Shown: one piece after another, positions 9,314 to 21,000 of the stretch
Numbering within the stretch: position 1 is the first letter of the stretch
Layout of the letters: every line of letters begins with the position of its first letter
Source: Candidatus Kapaibacterium sp.
GTDB taxonomy: Bacteria > Bacteroidota > Ignavibacteria > Kapaibacteriales > UBA2268
Direction of reading: 5' to 3'
Length of the DNA stretch: 64,000 nt
NCBI GenBank assembly: GCA_963665665.1
Contig: OY762428.1
Location: 1,344,001 to 1,408,000 of the forward strand
The notes under the pieces: model-generated
The model's input: the letters and a program-made list of their open reading frames with translations, nothing else
Database searches by the model: none
Told to the model about the DNA's origin: nothing
Translations under genes and position numbers: made by a program

Positions 9314-9860
9314 CTGTTTGGCCTTATTGTAGTGAAATTTGGCCTTATTGAGGACTTGTTTAGCCTTATTGAGGACTTGTTTGGCCTTATTGAGGACTTG
9401 TTTGGCCTTACTGAGGACTTGTTTGACCTTATTGAGGTCTTGTTTGACCTTACTGAGGACTTGTTTGACCTTATTGATGTCTTGTTTGACTTTACTGAGG
9501 TCTTGTTTGGCCTTACTGAGGACTTGTTTAGCCTTACTGAGGACTTGTTTAGCCTTATTGAGGTCTTGTTTGGCCTTACTGAGGACTTGTTTGACCTTAT
9601 TGAGGTTACTCATTATCTTCAAACAAGGCATCATTATCTTCAAACAAGGCAGCAATGACTCCGACCAAGGCGTCAATGCCTTCAAACAAGGCATCAATGA
9701 CTCCGACCAAGGCAGCAATAAAGCAAAACATTGCTGCAATAGCTTCAACCAAGAGTTCATTATCTTCAACCAAGAGTTCATTATCTTCAACCAAGGCAGC
9801 AATGACTTCGAACAAGGCAGCAATAAAGCAAAACATTGCTGCAATAGGTGCAAACAAGAC
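9314..9860. repeat. Two adjacent 21-bp tandem arrays
   Basis: 14 units of TTGTTTGRCCTTAYTGAGGWC-like sequence (9314-9607), then about 12 degenerate units of CAWTRWCTTCRAMCAAGGCAK-like sequence. Confidence 0.9.
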
Positions 9861-10481
9861 CTCAATACCTCTGACCCCTCCCAAACCCTCCCCGAAGGAG
9901 ATGGCTTTGATGGAAAATAAGGAGGCAATGGGTTCGAACATCGGTGCATTACCATAGACCCTTCCTACCTCCCCCCGTCCCCCTCCTTCAAAAGGAGGGG
10001 GAGTTAATTCTATGTTATTTAACTTCTTATCCCCTCCTAAAGTAGGAGGGGAATAAAGGGGTGGATTCTTTTTCTTAGCTTCCCTTATCCACGAGATAGA
10101 GCACCTGGCTATTGAATTTGATGAAAGCAGGGGGAGTTAATTCTATGATATTTAATTTCTTATCCCCTCCTAAAGTAGGAGGGGAATACAGGGGTGGTTT
10201 TGTTTCTTAGCTTCCCTTATCCACGAGATAGAGCACCTGGCTATTGAATTTGATGAAAGCAGGAGGAGTTAATTCTATGATATTTAATTTCTTATCCCCT
10301 CCTAAAGTAGGAGGGGAATACAGGGGTGGTTTTGTTTCTTAGCTTCCCTTATCCACGAGATAGAGCACCTGGCTATTGAATTTGACGAAAGCAGGGGGAG
10401 TTAATTCTATGATATTTAACTTCTTATCCCCTCCTAAAGTAGGAGGGGAATACAGGGGAGGTCGGGACAGGAAGCAGGAAT

Positions 10482-10883
10482 TCATTTCTTTGTCCATCCG
10501 AATTCAGAACTAATGGCATTAAGAACTGTTTCCGGATTTTCAAGAACAAGTTCATTTTCAAATCTCAGTACTTTTATTCCATAGGCTTCAAGAAATAAAT
10601 TCTTTTCATTGTCATATTCTTTTTGATGAATTAAATGATGAATTTCACCATCAAGCTCAATACCGATTTTTTCCTCCGGACAATAAAAATCAAGAATATA
10701 ATCACCAATACTATGTTGACGCCTGAATTTATTCCCTCCAAGCTGTCTGTTTTTCAGAAACATCCATAAACGGCTTTCTGCCTTTGTCGGATTGTTTCGT
10801 AGATCTTTTCTGAAAGTTTTCAGATATCGCAAGTTATTTAGTCTACATTTCATGATATTCCTTTCAATTCCTGTCTTCTTCAT
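10482..10883 (-). CDS. DUF559 (Vsr-like / PD-(D/E)xK) endonuclease, copy 1
   Basis: LRNNPTKAESRLW..FRRQHSIGDYILDFYC..IELDGEIH..GIKVLRFEN. Confidence 0.92.
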   Translation of the reverse strand: MKKTGIERNIMKCRLNNLRYLKTFRKDLRNNPTKAESRLWMFLKNRQLGGNKFRRQHSIGDYILDFYCPEEKIGIELDGEIHHLIHQKEYDNEKNLFLEAYGIKVLRFENELVLENPETVLNAISSEFGWTKK

Positions 10884-11329
10884 CCTTCATGAAGAAGTAT
10901 ATTGGATTGTTTCTTATTTAGTCCTTTTCTTTCTACCTCCCCCCGGCCCCCTCCTTCAAAAGGAGGGGGAGTTAATTCTATGATATTTAACTTCTTATCC
11001 CCTCCTAATGTAGGAGGGGATTATAGGGGTGGATTCTTTTTCTTAGCTTCCCTTATCCACGAGATAGAGCACCTGGCTATTGAATTTGATGAAAGCAGGA
11101 GGAGTTAATCTTATGATATTTAACTTCTTATCCCCTCCTAATGTAGGAGGGGAATACAGGGGTGGTTTTGTTTCTTTGCTTTGGAACCTTGCACCTTTAT
11201 CCACGAGATAGAGCACCTGGCTATTGAATTTGATGAAAGCAGGGGGAGTTAATTCTATGATATTTAACTTCTTATCCCCTCCTCGGGGAGGAGGGGATTA
11301 TAGGGGTGGTCGGGACAGGAAGCAGGAAT

Positions 11330-11731
11330 TCATTTCTTTGTCCATCCGAATTCAGAACTAATGGCATTAAGAACTGTTTCCGGATTTTCAAGAACAAGTT
11401 CATTTTCAAATCTTAGTACTTTTATTCCATAGGCTTCAAGAAATAAATTCTTTTCATTGTCATATTCTTTTTGATGAATTAAATGATGAATTTCACCATC
11501 AAGCTCAATACCGATTTTTTCCTCCGGACAATAAAAATCAAGAATATAATCACCAATACTATGTTGACGCCTGAATTTATTCCCTCCAAGCTGTCTGTTT
11601 TTCAGAAACATCCATAAACGGCTTTCTGCCTTTGTCGGATTGTTTCGTAGATCTTTTCTGAAAGTTTTCAGATATCGCAAGTTATTTAGTCTACATTTCA
11701 TGATATTCCTTTCAATTCCTGTCTTCTTCAT
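11330..11731 (-). CDS. DUF559 endonuclease, copy 2
   Basis: Protein identical to copy 1; one synonymous change near 11413 (aatcttagt vs aatctcagt). Confidence 0.92.
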   Translation of the reverse strand: MKKTGIERNIMKCRLNNLRYLKTFRKDLRNNPTKAESRLWMFLKNRQLGGNKFRRQHSIGDYILDFYCPEEKIGIELDGEIHHLIHQKEYDNEKNLFLEAYGIKVLRFENELVLENPETVLNAISSEFGWTKK

Positions 11732-12164
11732 CCTTCATGAAGAAGTATATTGGATTGTTTCTTATTTAGTCCTTTTCTTCCTACCTCCCCCCGCCCTCTC
11801 CTTCAAAAGGAGGGGGAGTTAATCTTATGATATTTAACTTCTTATCCCCTCCTAATGTAGGAGGGGATTATAGGGATGGATTCTTTTTCTTAGCTTCCCT
11901 TTTCCACGAGATAGAGCACCTGGCTATTGAATTTGATGAAAGCAGGAGGAGTTAATTCTATGATATTTAACTTCTTATCCCCTCCTCGGGGAGGAGGGGA
12001 TTATAGGGGTGGTTTTGTTTCTTAGCTTCCCTTATCCACGAGATAGAGCACCTGGCTATTGAATTTGACGAAAGCAGGGGGAGTTAATTCTATGATATTT
12101 AACTTCTTATCCCCTCCTAAAGTAGGAGGGGATTATAGGGGAGGTCGGGACAGGAAGCAGGAAT

Positions 12165-12566
12165 TCATTTCTTTGTCCATCCGAATTCAGAACTAATGGC
12201 ATTAAGAACTGTTTCCGGATTTTCAAGAACAAGTTCATTTTCAAATCTCAGTACTTTTATTCCATAGGCTTCAAGAAATAAATTCTTTTCATTGTCATAT
12301 TCTTTTTGATGAATTAAATGATGAATTTCACCATCAAGCTCAATACCGATTTTTTCCTCCGGACAATAAAAATCAAGAATATAATCACCAATACTATGTT
12401 GACGCCTGAATTTATTCCCTCCAAGCTGTCTGTTTTTCAGAAACATCCATAAACGGCTTTCTGCCTTTGTCGGATTGTTTCGTAGATCTTTTCTGAAAGT
12501 TTTCAGATATCGCAAGTTATTTAGTCTACATTTCATGATATTCCTTTCAATTCCTGTCTTCTTCAT
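12165..12566 (-). CDS. DUF559 endonuclease, copy 3
   Basis: Protein identical to copy 1. Confidence 0.92.
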   Translation of the reverse strand: MKKTGIERNIMKCRLNNLRYLKTFRKDLRNNPTKAESRLWMFLKNRQLGGNKFRRQHSIGDYILDFYCPEEKIGIELDGEIHHLIHQKEYDNEKNLFLEAYGIKVLRFENELVLENPETVLNAISSEFGWTKK

Positions 12567-12790
12567 CCTTCATGAAGAAGTATATTGGATTGTTTCTTAT
12601 TTAGTCCTTTTCTTCCTACCTCCCCCCGGCCCCCCCCTTCGAAAGGAGGGGGAGTTAATATTATGATATTTAACTTCTTATCCCCTCCTAATGTAGGAGG
12701 GGATTATAGGGGTGGATTCTTTTTCTTAGCTTCCCTTATCCACGAGATAGAGCACCTGGCTATTGAATTTGATGATGATAAGGCTGGAAG

Positions 12791-12874
12791 GTCATTCTGA
12801 GCGTCAGCGAAGAATCCATTCTTCATGCACTATCTGACTAAAGAAGATAGATTCTTCACTTCGTTCAGAATGAC
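12791..12874. repeat. REP-like inverted repeat GTCATTCTGAGCG...CGTTCAGAATGAC
   Basis: Terminal IR GTCATTCTGA/TCAGAATGAC; same family as 8813-8902. Confidence 0.85.
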
Positions 12875-12951
12875 CGCTTTTCTAACCTTTTAGAAAGCCC
12901 CATGAGGGAAATCCTCTTTGCTTTCGGATAGGACAGCTGACAGAGCATCGG

Positions 12952-12979
12952 AATATACTAAGGGTATATCAATTGTCAA
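12952..12979 (-). promoter_or_regulatory. Putative sigma70-type promoter TTGACA-N16-TATATT facing the DUF559/repeat array
   Basis: Minus strand reads TTGACA attgatatacccttag TATATT; motif match only. Confidence 0.45.
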
Positions 12980-13258
12980 AGAACTATTGATATGATGAAA
13001 TATGTTATAAATGCCCGAAAGATTGCCGATTGTAATTCACATTACTGCAAGAATTTATGAAATTATTTATAAAAATACAAATGGAATTATTGAAAAAATC
13101 CTGAAGAAAATGAAGACAAATAAAACCGGATTGAATATGATTAAGTAATTGATACAATTGTTCCACTGGAACAGGAAGAAAAAATAACAGCTCAAGATAT
13201 CGCCAGATTGAATAAAATGCTCGCAAAATTTGAAGGTGTAAATATCCCATAATATCGT

Positions 13259-13723
13259 TTACTTATTTTCCTTCGATATTTCCAACGCTTCAATTATTGA
13301 TGAAAAAAGTAGAGAATCGCTGCAATCCTTATTACTAATTTCGATTTTCTCATCGTTATATTCCTTCAAAGCCCATCCCGGCCTACTTTTATCATAGTAT
13401 ATATATGGAGTAATTGTAGTTTTTTCTCCATAATCCTTTATACAACAGGAACAAGAAGTCCTGTATAATTTTGAGAAGGATTTTTGCCCCATCTTATCCA
13501 GCAAAAATCTTTCTCTCTCTTTACACTTTTCGCGAGGCGGCCTTATAACATCAATTCTGCTGCTGTTTAAAGCTATTTTAACTTTCTGAAGAAATAAATC
13601 TGTTTCAATATCTATTGGCAAAACAAAAATTGGTTCATCAGAAATAGTAATTCCTTCAACAGATTCTGAATTTGTTACTATGATAAATTCTTTTTTAGTT
13701 TGATATATATAACACATTTTCAT
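13259..13723 (-). CDS. Putative immunity protein, CdiI-like
   Basis: Small ORF downstream of the Rhs tip; pattern YIY..FIIVT.S...G.....P...L......L...V..AL..SR recalls CdiI-type immunity proteins. Confidence 0.55.
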   Translation of the reverse strand: MKMCYIYQTKKEFIIVTNSESVEGITISDEPIFVLPIDIETDLFLQKVKIALNSSRIDVIRPPREKCKERERFLLDKMGQKSFSKLYRTSCSCCIKDYGEKTTITPYIYYDKSRPGWALKEYNDEKIEISNKDCSDSLLFSSIIEALEISKENK

Positions 13724-13773
13724 GATTTAATCCACAACATTTATAGAGATATGCCACGCCTTTACACCTCCTA

Positions 13774-14352
13774 TCATATTTCCCCATCCCATCCGTTGTA
13801 GCAGCCTGCCAGTCCCTGCCAGAAAAGTAGATAATCCTCACCTCCGGCAGCAATTGAAGCTTTCAGAGCTATATCACATTTGTCGTCGTAACTAAATGTA
13901 TCTTCTTTACTTTTCAATTCATTACAGTATTGTACAAATACGATTGCCAGAGCATCAAGAAAAGAAAACTGATCTCGTGCACAACTGTAAAATGTCCTTG
14001 GCTCGATATCATCAGCTTCCATAAATTGTATTTTCCCATTCAGATGATTTATCACAATTGCATCATCAGAATATTCTGCAACAACCTGACAATGATCCGG
14101 GTAAACAACCGTTTCGGAAATATCAAAATTCAGCCCTGCAAATCCGAAATTTTCCAATTCATAATTCATAAGCAAATCTTCAACCGGTTTACCTGAGAAT
14201 TTCTGATTAGCTTTTTTCTCAAAATTCAATTCAATCACAAATTCTTGAGAAAGAGAATCCCCAAGCCCGGCAGCAATCATTTCATCATAGCCAGGTGCGT
14301 TTTCATTAACAATATTATAGAATTCTTGTGCTGTCATTATAACACATATCAA
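13774..14352 (-). CDS. Putative immunity protein, SUKH/SMI1-KNR4-like (probable ATG at 14337)
   Basis: Acidic 190-aa ORF with VVAEYSDDAIVINHLNGKIQF..CARDQFSFLDAL; Rhs-downstream context. Confidence 0.5.
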   Translation of the reverse strand: MICVIMTAQEFYNIVNENAPGYDEMIAAGLGDSLSQEFVIELNFEKKANQKFSGKPVEDLLMNYELENFGFAGLNFDISETVVYPDHCQVVAEYSDDAIVINHLNGKIQFMEADDIEPRTFYSCARDQFSFLDALAIVFVQYCNELKSKEDTFSYDDKCDIALKASIAAGGEDYLLFWQGLAGCYNGWDGEI

Positions 14353-14365
14353 TTATTTATTGGAA

Positions 14366-15016
14366 TCACCCCTTAAATATCCTGGGTTCTTTGATACCAT
14401 TGTCCTTCATAAATTGTTTTAATTCTGCAATTTTTTCATCTGCATCTTCTTTTGACAGATAAGTATTTATGATTTCAATATACATATTTCTCCATGATTC
14501 CTTCTTTATATCAAAGTAATCATATATCGAACTTCCATTCCTAAGTAAATAAATAGCAGATGTCATATAAGGAATTGAATTAATGTGCTTATAAATTCTG
14601 GTTGGTAAATGTCTAATTTCTTCATATGAACATCTGATATATTCTGTGAATTCTTGATAACCTGGATTTTTATATCCAATTCCTGTTTTCGACCAATCTA
14701 ATTCAAATGGATAGCAATCTAGTTCTTTAAATAATGGAAATTCCCTATTATAATTTGAATTAGTTCCAACATATTTCCATATTGCATTGCCTTTATTATT
14801 TCTCGGCATACTAAAAACCTTTACTGCTTTGATAAGTAATTTTTGCCTAATTATACTTTCAATTTGAATTTTTTTACATATATCAATTTCAATATAGTCA
14901 TATACTTTTGCTATTAATGAAGATACATCTTTAAAGTCAACAATTTCACAAAATGAATATCCCAAGTCTGCTAATAATTTAAATCGATATATTCTTCCTG
15001 ATTTTTTATGTTTCAT
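14366..15016 (-). CDS. Putative cognate immunity protein (Imm26-like N-terminus)
   Basis: Starts 24 bp after the Rhs stop with a GAGG RBS; N-terminal GRIYRFKLLADLGYSFCEIV resembles Imm26; same low GC as the toxin tip. Confidence 0.6.
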   Translation of the reverse strand: MKHKKSGRIYRFKLLADLGYSFCEIVDFKDVSSLIAKVYDYIEIDICKKIQIESIIRQKLLIKAVKVFSMPRNNKGNAIWKYVGTNSNYNREFPLFKELDCYPFELDWSKTGIGYKNPGYQEFTEYIRCSYEEIRHLPTRIYKHINSIPYMTSAIYLLRNGSSIYDYFDIKKESWRNMYIEIINTYLSKEDADEKIAELKQFMKDNGIKEPRIFKG

Positions 15017-15039
15017 AACTTTTACCTCTTAAAATATGT

Positions 15040-18000
15040 CTACTGTTTTTTGAATATAGTCTCCCAATTTGGAATATTATGATTTAACCAATCTCTTGCT
15101 GCAGATTTATATATTTCGTTAACTGTAGCTCTAATTTTATTAGCAGTTCGGTTTATGGCTCCTGCCCTAACTTCAGCTTTAGTTTTAAAACCATTCAATT
15201 CAATAATAAGTTGTTCAATTCCTTTTGCTATTCCAATATTCGGAATATTCCCTTCAAGTTCTTCAAATGCTCTAATAGAATTTTCTAATACGAATTCTAA
15301 CGAATATCTGCCTCCTCCAATTGCATTCATTGTAATTCCAATATATAATTTTTTTTCAGACAATTCTTTTAGCGTTTTAAAATAATGATATACCGTATAC
15401 CCATTTTTAACTTTTTCGAGAGTACCAAAATTGGAACCTAATAAACTGGAAATCTTTCCAATATTTTTTAATGATTTCACAATTGTTTGATAACTTGTAA
15501 CACTGGCATATACCGTATTAAAACCAGTTAAGTATCCATCACTATCTACAATCCAACCATTCCATCTCCTCTCTCCAACAATAAACCGAGAAAGACCTGA
15601 TAATTTAGGTAGCACCTGCCCACCTTCCCAATCAAGATTCACTATTTCATAATATTCAGGCAAATACCATCCAGCTTTACCGTAATCATTGCCTTCATGA
15701 TAAATTCTCGTTTCCTTTTTTCTATATTGGGTAGTTCCATCATCAGCAAAATATGGATCCCACATTATTGTTTGCTCATCACCTTGCTTACCAACGCCCC
15801 AAACAGCTTCTTTCCCATTTTGAGTTATGATATTTTCATCCAAACCCATCGGATCCACGAAAACAATTGGATTATTACCAAAAGATATGTAGCCGGAGAC
15901 ATCGGGTTTCACTACCGGGTCCAGCTTTAGCCAGCGGGCAATATCCGGATCGTATAATCTGTGGAGAGTTGTATACCCCTTCCCCTCTCCCCTGAATTCC
16001 GGATCCTGTTCCATGCCGTTGAAGCCGAAGCGGTAAGCGGGGCTGTTGGCGCTTATCCATGTTTGCGCCAGGCCGAAGGGATAATAATTATTGATGGCCA
16101 GCGGCGTCAGGTTGAATGCGAAATTCTCGCGGTCGGCATTCAGGTTGACAGGCTGCTTTATATCTCCTATCAATGCACGCAGGTTGCCGAGGTGATCCTT
16201 GTACTCGTATTCCTTGAAGCCAAGCTGCCGCTCGTTGGTTGCCGGAGTGAAATTAAAATAAGGATGCGAAGCAATTGCTACAGCTTCGGGATAAATAATA
16301 TTGCCGTTATCGTCGGGGTATTCCGTGGAATTATCCGAATCCTTTTCAGGACGAACTGTTGCTATGCGCCCCATGGCGCCCGAACCATACACAAACCACT
16401 CGCGGACATCCAGCCAGAAGAAAGGCATGCAGGTAGTTTCTTCCAGTTTTCCCATTGTTTCATAAACGGCAAGTACGGTATTATTGGCATCAGGGATATA
16501 GTAAGTTCCCTTCATCTGCACCTGGCCGAAACATTCACTGCAATTGCTGATCTCATCCCTGGCCGCCATAAGCTCAGGCGAGTATGTCAGCTTTGCCACC
16601 CTGGTTCCGGAAGCGTCGTAAAGGAAACGCGTTTCCATTGTAAAATCGCTTGCCGGAGCGCAATCTATATTCGGCAGCAGATCGCTTTTTATATTCCTGA
16701 TGATCTTGCCGTTATGATCCCATACCATCGTGTTAGTATAAGTATCCTGCCCGATGCTGCTTTCAGTATCAAGGTTCCCGATATCGTCATAAGTATAATC
16801 AACAGTACCAGCGCCCTTAACCGCCGAGATCAGTTGATTATTCGTTCCCGATATATTCATCATCACATCATTGCTGTTTCCGCCATTATCACCCCGGAAA
16901 ATGGTTCTTATGTTCCCGTTGGCATCGTAGTGATATGCGCTTTTCAGCCTTTCCGACTCGGCATTCCAGGTATTAACATATTTATTCCTTTTCGATCGGG
17001 TCAGCCTGTTCAGGTAATCATACCGGTACTGGTAACCATTTCCGATTTCATTCAGTGTAGAAGGTGCTTTCAGCCCAAGATAAAATTTCAGAGAATCATC
17101 AAAAGCATACTCGGCGGAGGCAATATTCCCGTTATATAGATTCACAAGGCCCGGCAGACGATCAACTGAACCAAGCAACGCCGGATTTACCGGGTAGATA
17201 AAATCGTTTTCGTAATAATTCAGCACATAGCCAAAAGCATCGGGGGCTGTCTGAGTTCCGTAGTCCTGGTTAATTCCCGCCCTGTAACCCTGGACGCCGC
17301 CGTTCACAGCTTTAAGCTTGCCGTCGGCAGTATAGTAATAATCGTCGGCAGTTATCAGGTCCTCGCCCGTAACCGTGCGCTGCAAAGGCCCGTGAGGATA
17401 ATATTCATAGCGGTTGTCCCTGTCCCAAAGCTTCCCATTCCTTGAGCTGAGAGCAAGTGAAATTTTATTATCGGCGTCATACTCGAACATCTGGTGGAAC
17501 TGGTCGGCGCGGCCGGAACAATAATGCACCTGCCGGGTATTCCCGCTGATAAGGTCGTACTCGTAGTCAATTTTCATGCTGATAGTTTCCGGCAGGAAGG
17601 TTTCCTGGCCCTGGAACATAGCCCATTCCATAAGCGGTATTTCCTGCACCAGCCACTTAATATTTCCATGCAGATCGTAACTGTAGGAGGTAGCCACTGT
17701 AAAATGACTTCCGAGCGGCTCAGGCAGCCGTCCGCCCTCCCGGTTATTATAATGAACGGCATAGCTGAGCCTATTTCTTAAATTGTCCTGCTGTAGATTT
17801 TCGTAAGGAATTTTGAAAGCGCCAAAGGGTTTGGTATAGAAATATTCGGTATATGAAACCCTGTCAATAAGCGGATCAGGATAAAACCTGTCATTCGCGG
17901 GATTTCCGTTTGCAAAAACTGTCTCGTCGTAGGCAATCTCGCCTTTTTCAATCACACGGTTCTGCAAATCGTACTTAACATAGGAAATCAGCGGCGGGGC

Positions 18001-21000
18001 GTTAGCCTTCTGCACGGCGTCGCGCGAAAACCTGAGGCGGCCGAAATCATCGTAGAAATATTCCTTCGGCAGTATTTCATCCGGGGATTTTGCGCTTACA
18101 ACATTGCCAAGCGAATTATACTGGTACATACTTTTGTAGCCATGCTCCGGATGCTCCAGCCTGCCAGTCCTTGTTCCGTCAATATCCACCCCCTTTGGCG
18201 GCACTGTTTGAACAAGATTTCCGGCGCGGTCGTAATAAAACAGGGTGAAATGGTTATAATCCACATCATACTTTACCGTAAACTCCTCGTTTATCAGCGA
18301 AGGATCGTCCATAATAGCAGCTATTCTTTCTCCAATCTGTTCTTTACCCTGCTTAATCAGTTCCTTTCGGCAGCTATTCATCTGCGCATTAAGCGAGTTT
18401 ATCAGAGCCTGTTCAATTTCGTCGTTACAATCCCGGAGTGTCAATACCTTCTCAATATTATCCTCATCATATTCCCTGTCAATCCACCGGAAGCAGAGTT
18501 TGGGATTGCCTCCATTAAATTCAATCGCAGAACAAAGAAATGTATAATCCTGAGGAGTAGGAAAACCTTTACATATGTTAAGAGGCTTATCTAAATATTC
18601 AAAACTTCTGGAAAGAAGAAGATAATCTATTAATTCTCCGTTATTATAGTAGTTATTAATAACAAAACGATCATAATATTTAATCTTCCATATTGATGTT
18701 TCCAAATTGTAACAATTATTTCTGGTTTCAACATTTATCCATTTATCTTTTGGAAAGAATACCCATTCATTAAAGGCAAGTCCGTTTTCATCTTTATAGA
18801 ATGAGGAATAATGAGGATAAGGCATATTGGTATAATGATTATATTCAGGATTGTTTTCCGGTATTGCCCATGGATGTTGTTCAGTTCTTGGTACGACATT
18901 TACAAATTGATCAGTAGTTTCACAACTATAACATTCGTCAAAACTTAATGTTTGGTCAGTACAAATATCATTTAACATATCAAAAGCAGCTTTAATCAGT
19001 AGGCAATTGACCTGCCTCATTAAACTATCGCCACTTTCTGCTGCATATTCATCTGCAATGATATTAACATTATATGGTATATAATCTTCGAGGCCTTCTA
19101 TTAGATAATCCAGTCTCATATTCAAAAAATCAACAATAAATTTTTTATATGCAATATCCGTTGGAATATTTAGGGTTGTGTTATCATAAGAATATTGATT
19201 ATCATATAAAGTAGTCCAATAACTTGGACATGGCGGATCATCTCCTGCAAGTTTTAATTCATAATCAGCATACATTGAATTGTGGAAATTTTCTCTGGCA
19301 TTCAAATCACCGAGAGCAATTTCCCCAAAATTATCCCTTCTGATATTAAGCTTACAACCTCCCTTGCAGTGGGCTACCAGGATATCAACATAGTCATCTG
19401 CTGCATCTTCAGTCAGATAATGGTTTATATTTAAAATTTGATCACCATTTGCATCAACCGGATACGGATTCCAATCACTTATATAAATATAATCATCACA
19501 ACTATTGTTTTCCGGATTGGGATCAAAGTATTTGTCATCATAAATAGCATAGTCATTATCCCTGTGCAGTTTGATAATACTCGCCCTGAAGTTTCTTTCC
19601 TCGCAACCGTCCTCGCATTGATCAACCAAAAGAGCTACCATTTCCTCAACACATTCCATATCAATATCGCCGGTAGCAGGGTCAAGACAGTGAGAAAGAT
19701 CTACATAGTCAAACACCCCGGACAAAAACGGATCATTATCAACTTCATCCTTCTTTTCTTTTATCTTACTTTTTACCACATCATAGGGAAGAGTTGCAGC
19801 AACGCATTGGTAAAAATTATTCCACTCGTCCGAAGTAAAACTATCCGGATCAAGATCAATGCTTTGTGTTACAATTGGCGGTATCGTTGCAGAAAATGAA
19901 AAATTTGGAAATACAGCGCTAAAATTTTCCTCGCATAATTCCTGATAAAATTCCAGATTACTTATATTATTTGTAAATGCCGGGAAATAATAGAAATATT
20001 CAAATGCGTAGTCAATATAGCCCTTTCCATATTGCTGCGATGTTTGTGTATTATCCCACAGGCCATTAATATCGGTTTCACTTGCGTATCCTCCTAATCC
20101 ACCGTATGGATGATTGGAAATTCCCTTTATCTTCCTGCCTGTACAATCCAGAAAAGCGTTAAGCAGGTTAAAGTCTTCGGAAGGAACCCGTACTATTGAT
20201 CCGTCGCTCCTTACAACATTGTTCCCGGAAGCGTCAATATATTCCTCAGTACCCTGGGCAACAAACATTTCCACAGCATTTACCCAGCAATCACAGAATT
20301 CATCCTTTTCATAATCTTCATATTCAATGGTACTTTGCATGTTTCCTATTAAGGCATCAAAAGCGCCGTTACCCCCGGTACTGTATGGAGATATTTCTGG
20401 AATAATTTTTTCAATATCCCCGTCACGGTTCATGTCTCCCCAGAAATATGAAGAAATATTTTCACTATTCAGAACAGTTTCATTATCTATATCTCCAAAA
20501 TTTGTTGTATAAGGATCATAGCACAAACTGATTAGCTCAACAGCTTTATCTTTAAGGTATTCTTCATAACTTCCTACAATTTCGCAAGTCTGCTCGCATG
20601 TAACAATACTGATTTTCGCTTCAGAGCAGCACCCGATTTGTTTAGTAAATATATTTTCCTCCGAATTATAAACCCAGCCAATATCAAGGAGTTCATAAGT
20701 ATCAGAAGGATCGTCAGCAACATGGAAGAGCCTCGTTAAATCCGGCTCAGTACTGATCATTATCGAGTTTATCAACGAACTGACCTGAGTGATTTCTATG
20801 TTCCAGTCATTTTCAACGGCAGTTTTTACTTTATCTGTAAAGTCCTGCTCAATTTCAGAAACATCAAATCGGATGTATTTTTTTGCTTCATATTTACCAC
20901 TTCCGAGCAAATCTTTACCATTTGGATTACCATCAAAAGCCCATGATTTGGTATAAACAATCGGGGCATCAGCGTCCCGGTCATCGCAGGTCGGATACTC

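Larger units (their letters stand above)
9961..12775. repeat. Hierarchical tandem array: eleven ~132-bp palindromic units in four blocks (4,3,3,1) separated by three DUF559 genes
   Basis: Unit marker GAGTTAAT at 10001, 10134, 10266, 10398, 10969, 11102, 11246, 11816, 11948, ~12081, ~12652; each unit carries a TCCCCTCCT-N5-AGGAGGGGA hairpin. Confidence 0.95.

Noticed and set aside
9314-9860. CRISPR array or a confidently called coiled-coil CDS
   Set aside because: Units are head to tail with no spacers; several frames are open with no clear RBS or start, so no single CDS is supported.
9961-12775. CRISPR array
   Set aside because: Units are ~132 bp and nearly identical throughout, with no unique spacers; no cas genes in the window.
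12880-12950. Riboswitch or known ncRNA
   Set aside because: Short hairpins are present but I could not match a known consensus; an Rfam/Infernal search is needed.
13005-13250. 81-aa ORF as a fourth immunity gene
   Set aside because: No recognisable motif or RBS and an atypical composition; left uncalled.
15961-17139. 392-aa plus-strand ORF, and the recurrent antisense ORFs over the A/B genes
   Set aside because: Antisense shadows of well-supported genes; they recur only because the sense genes are repeated.
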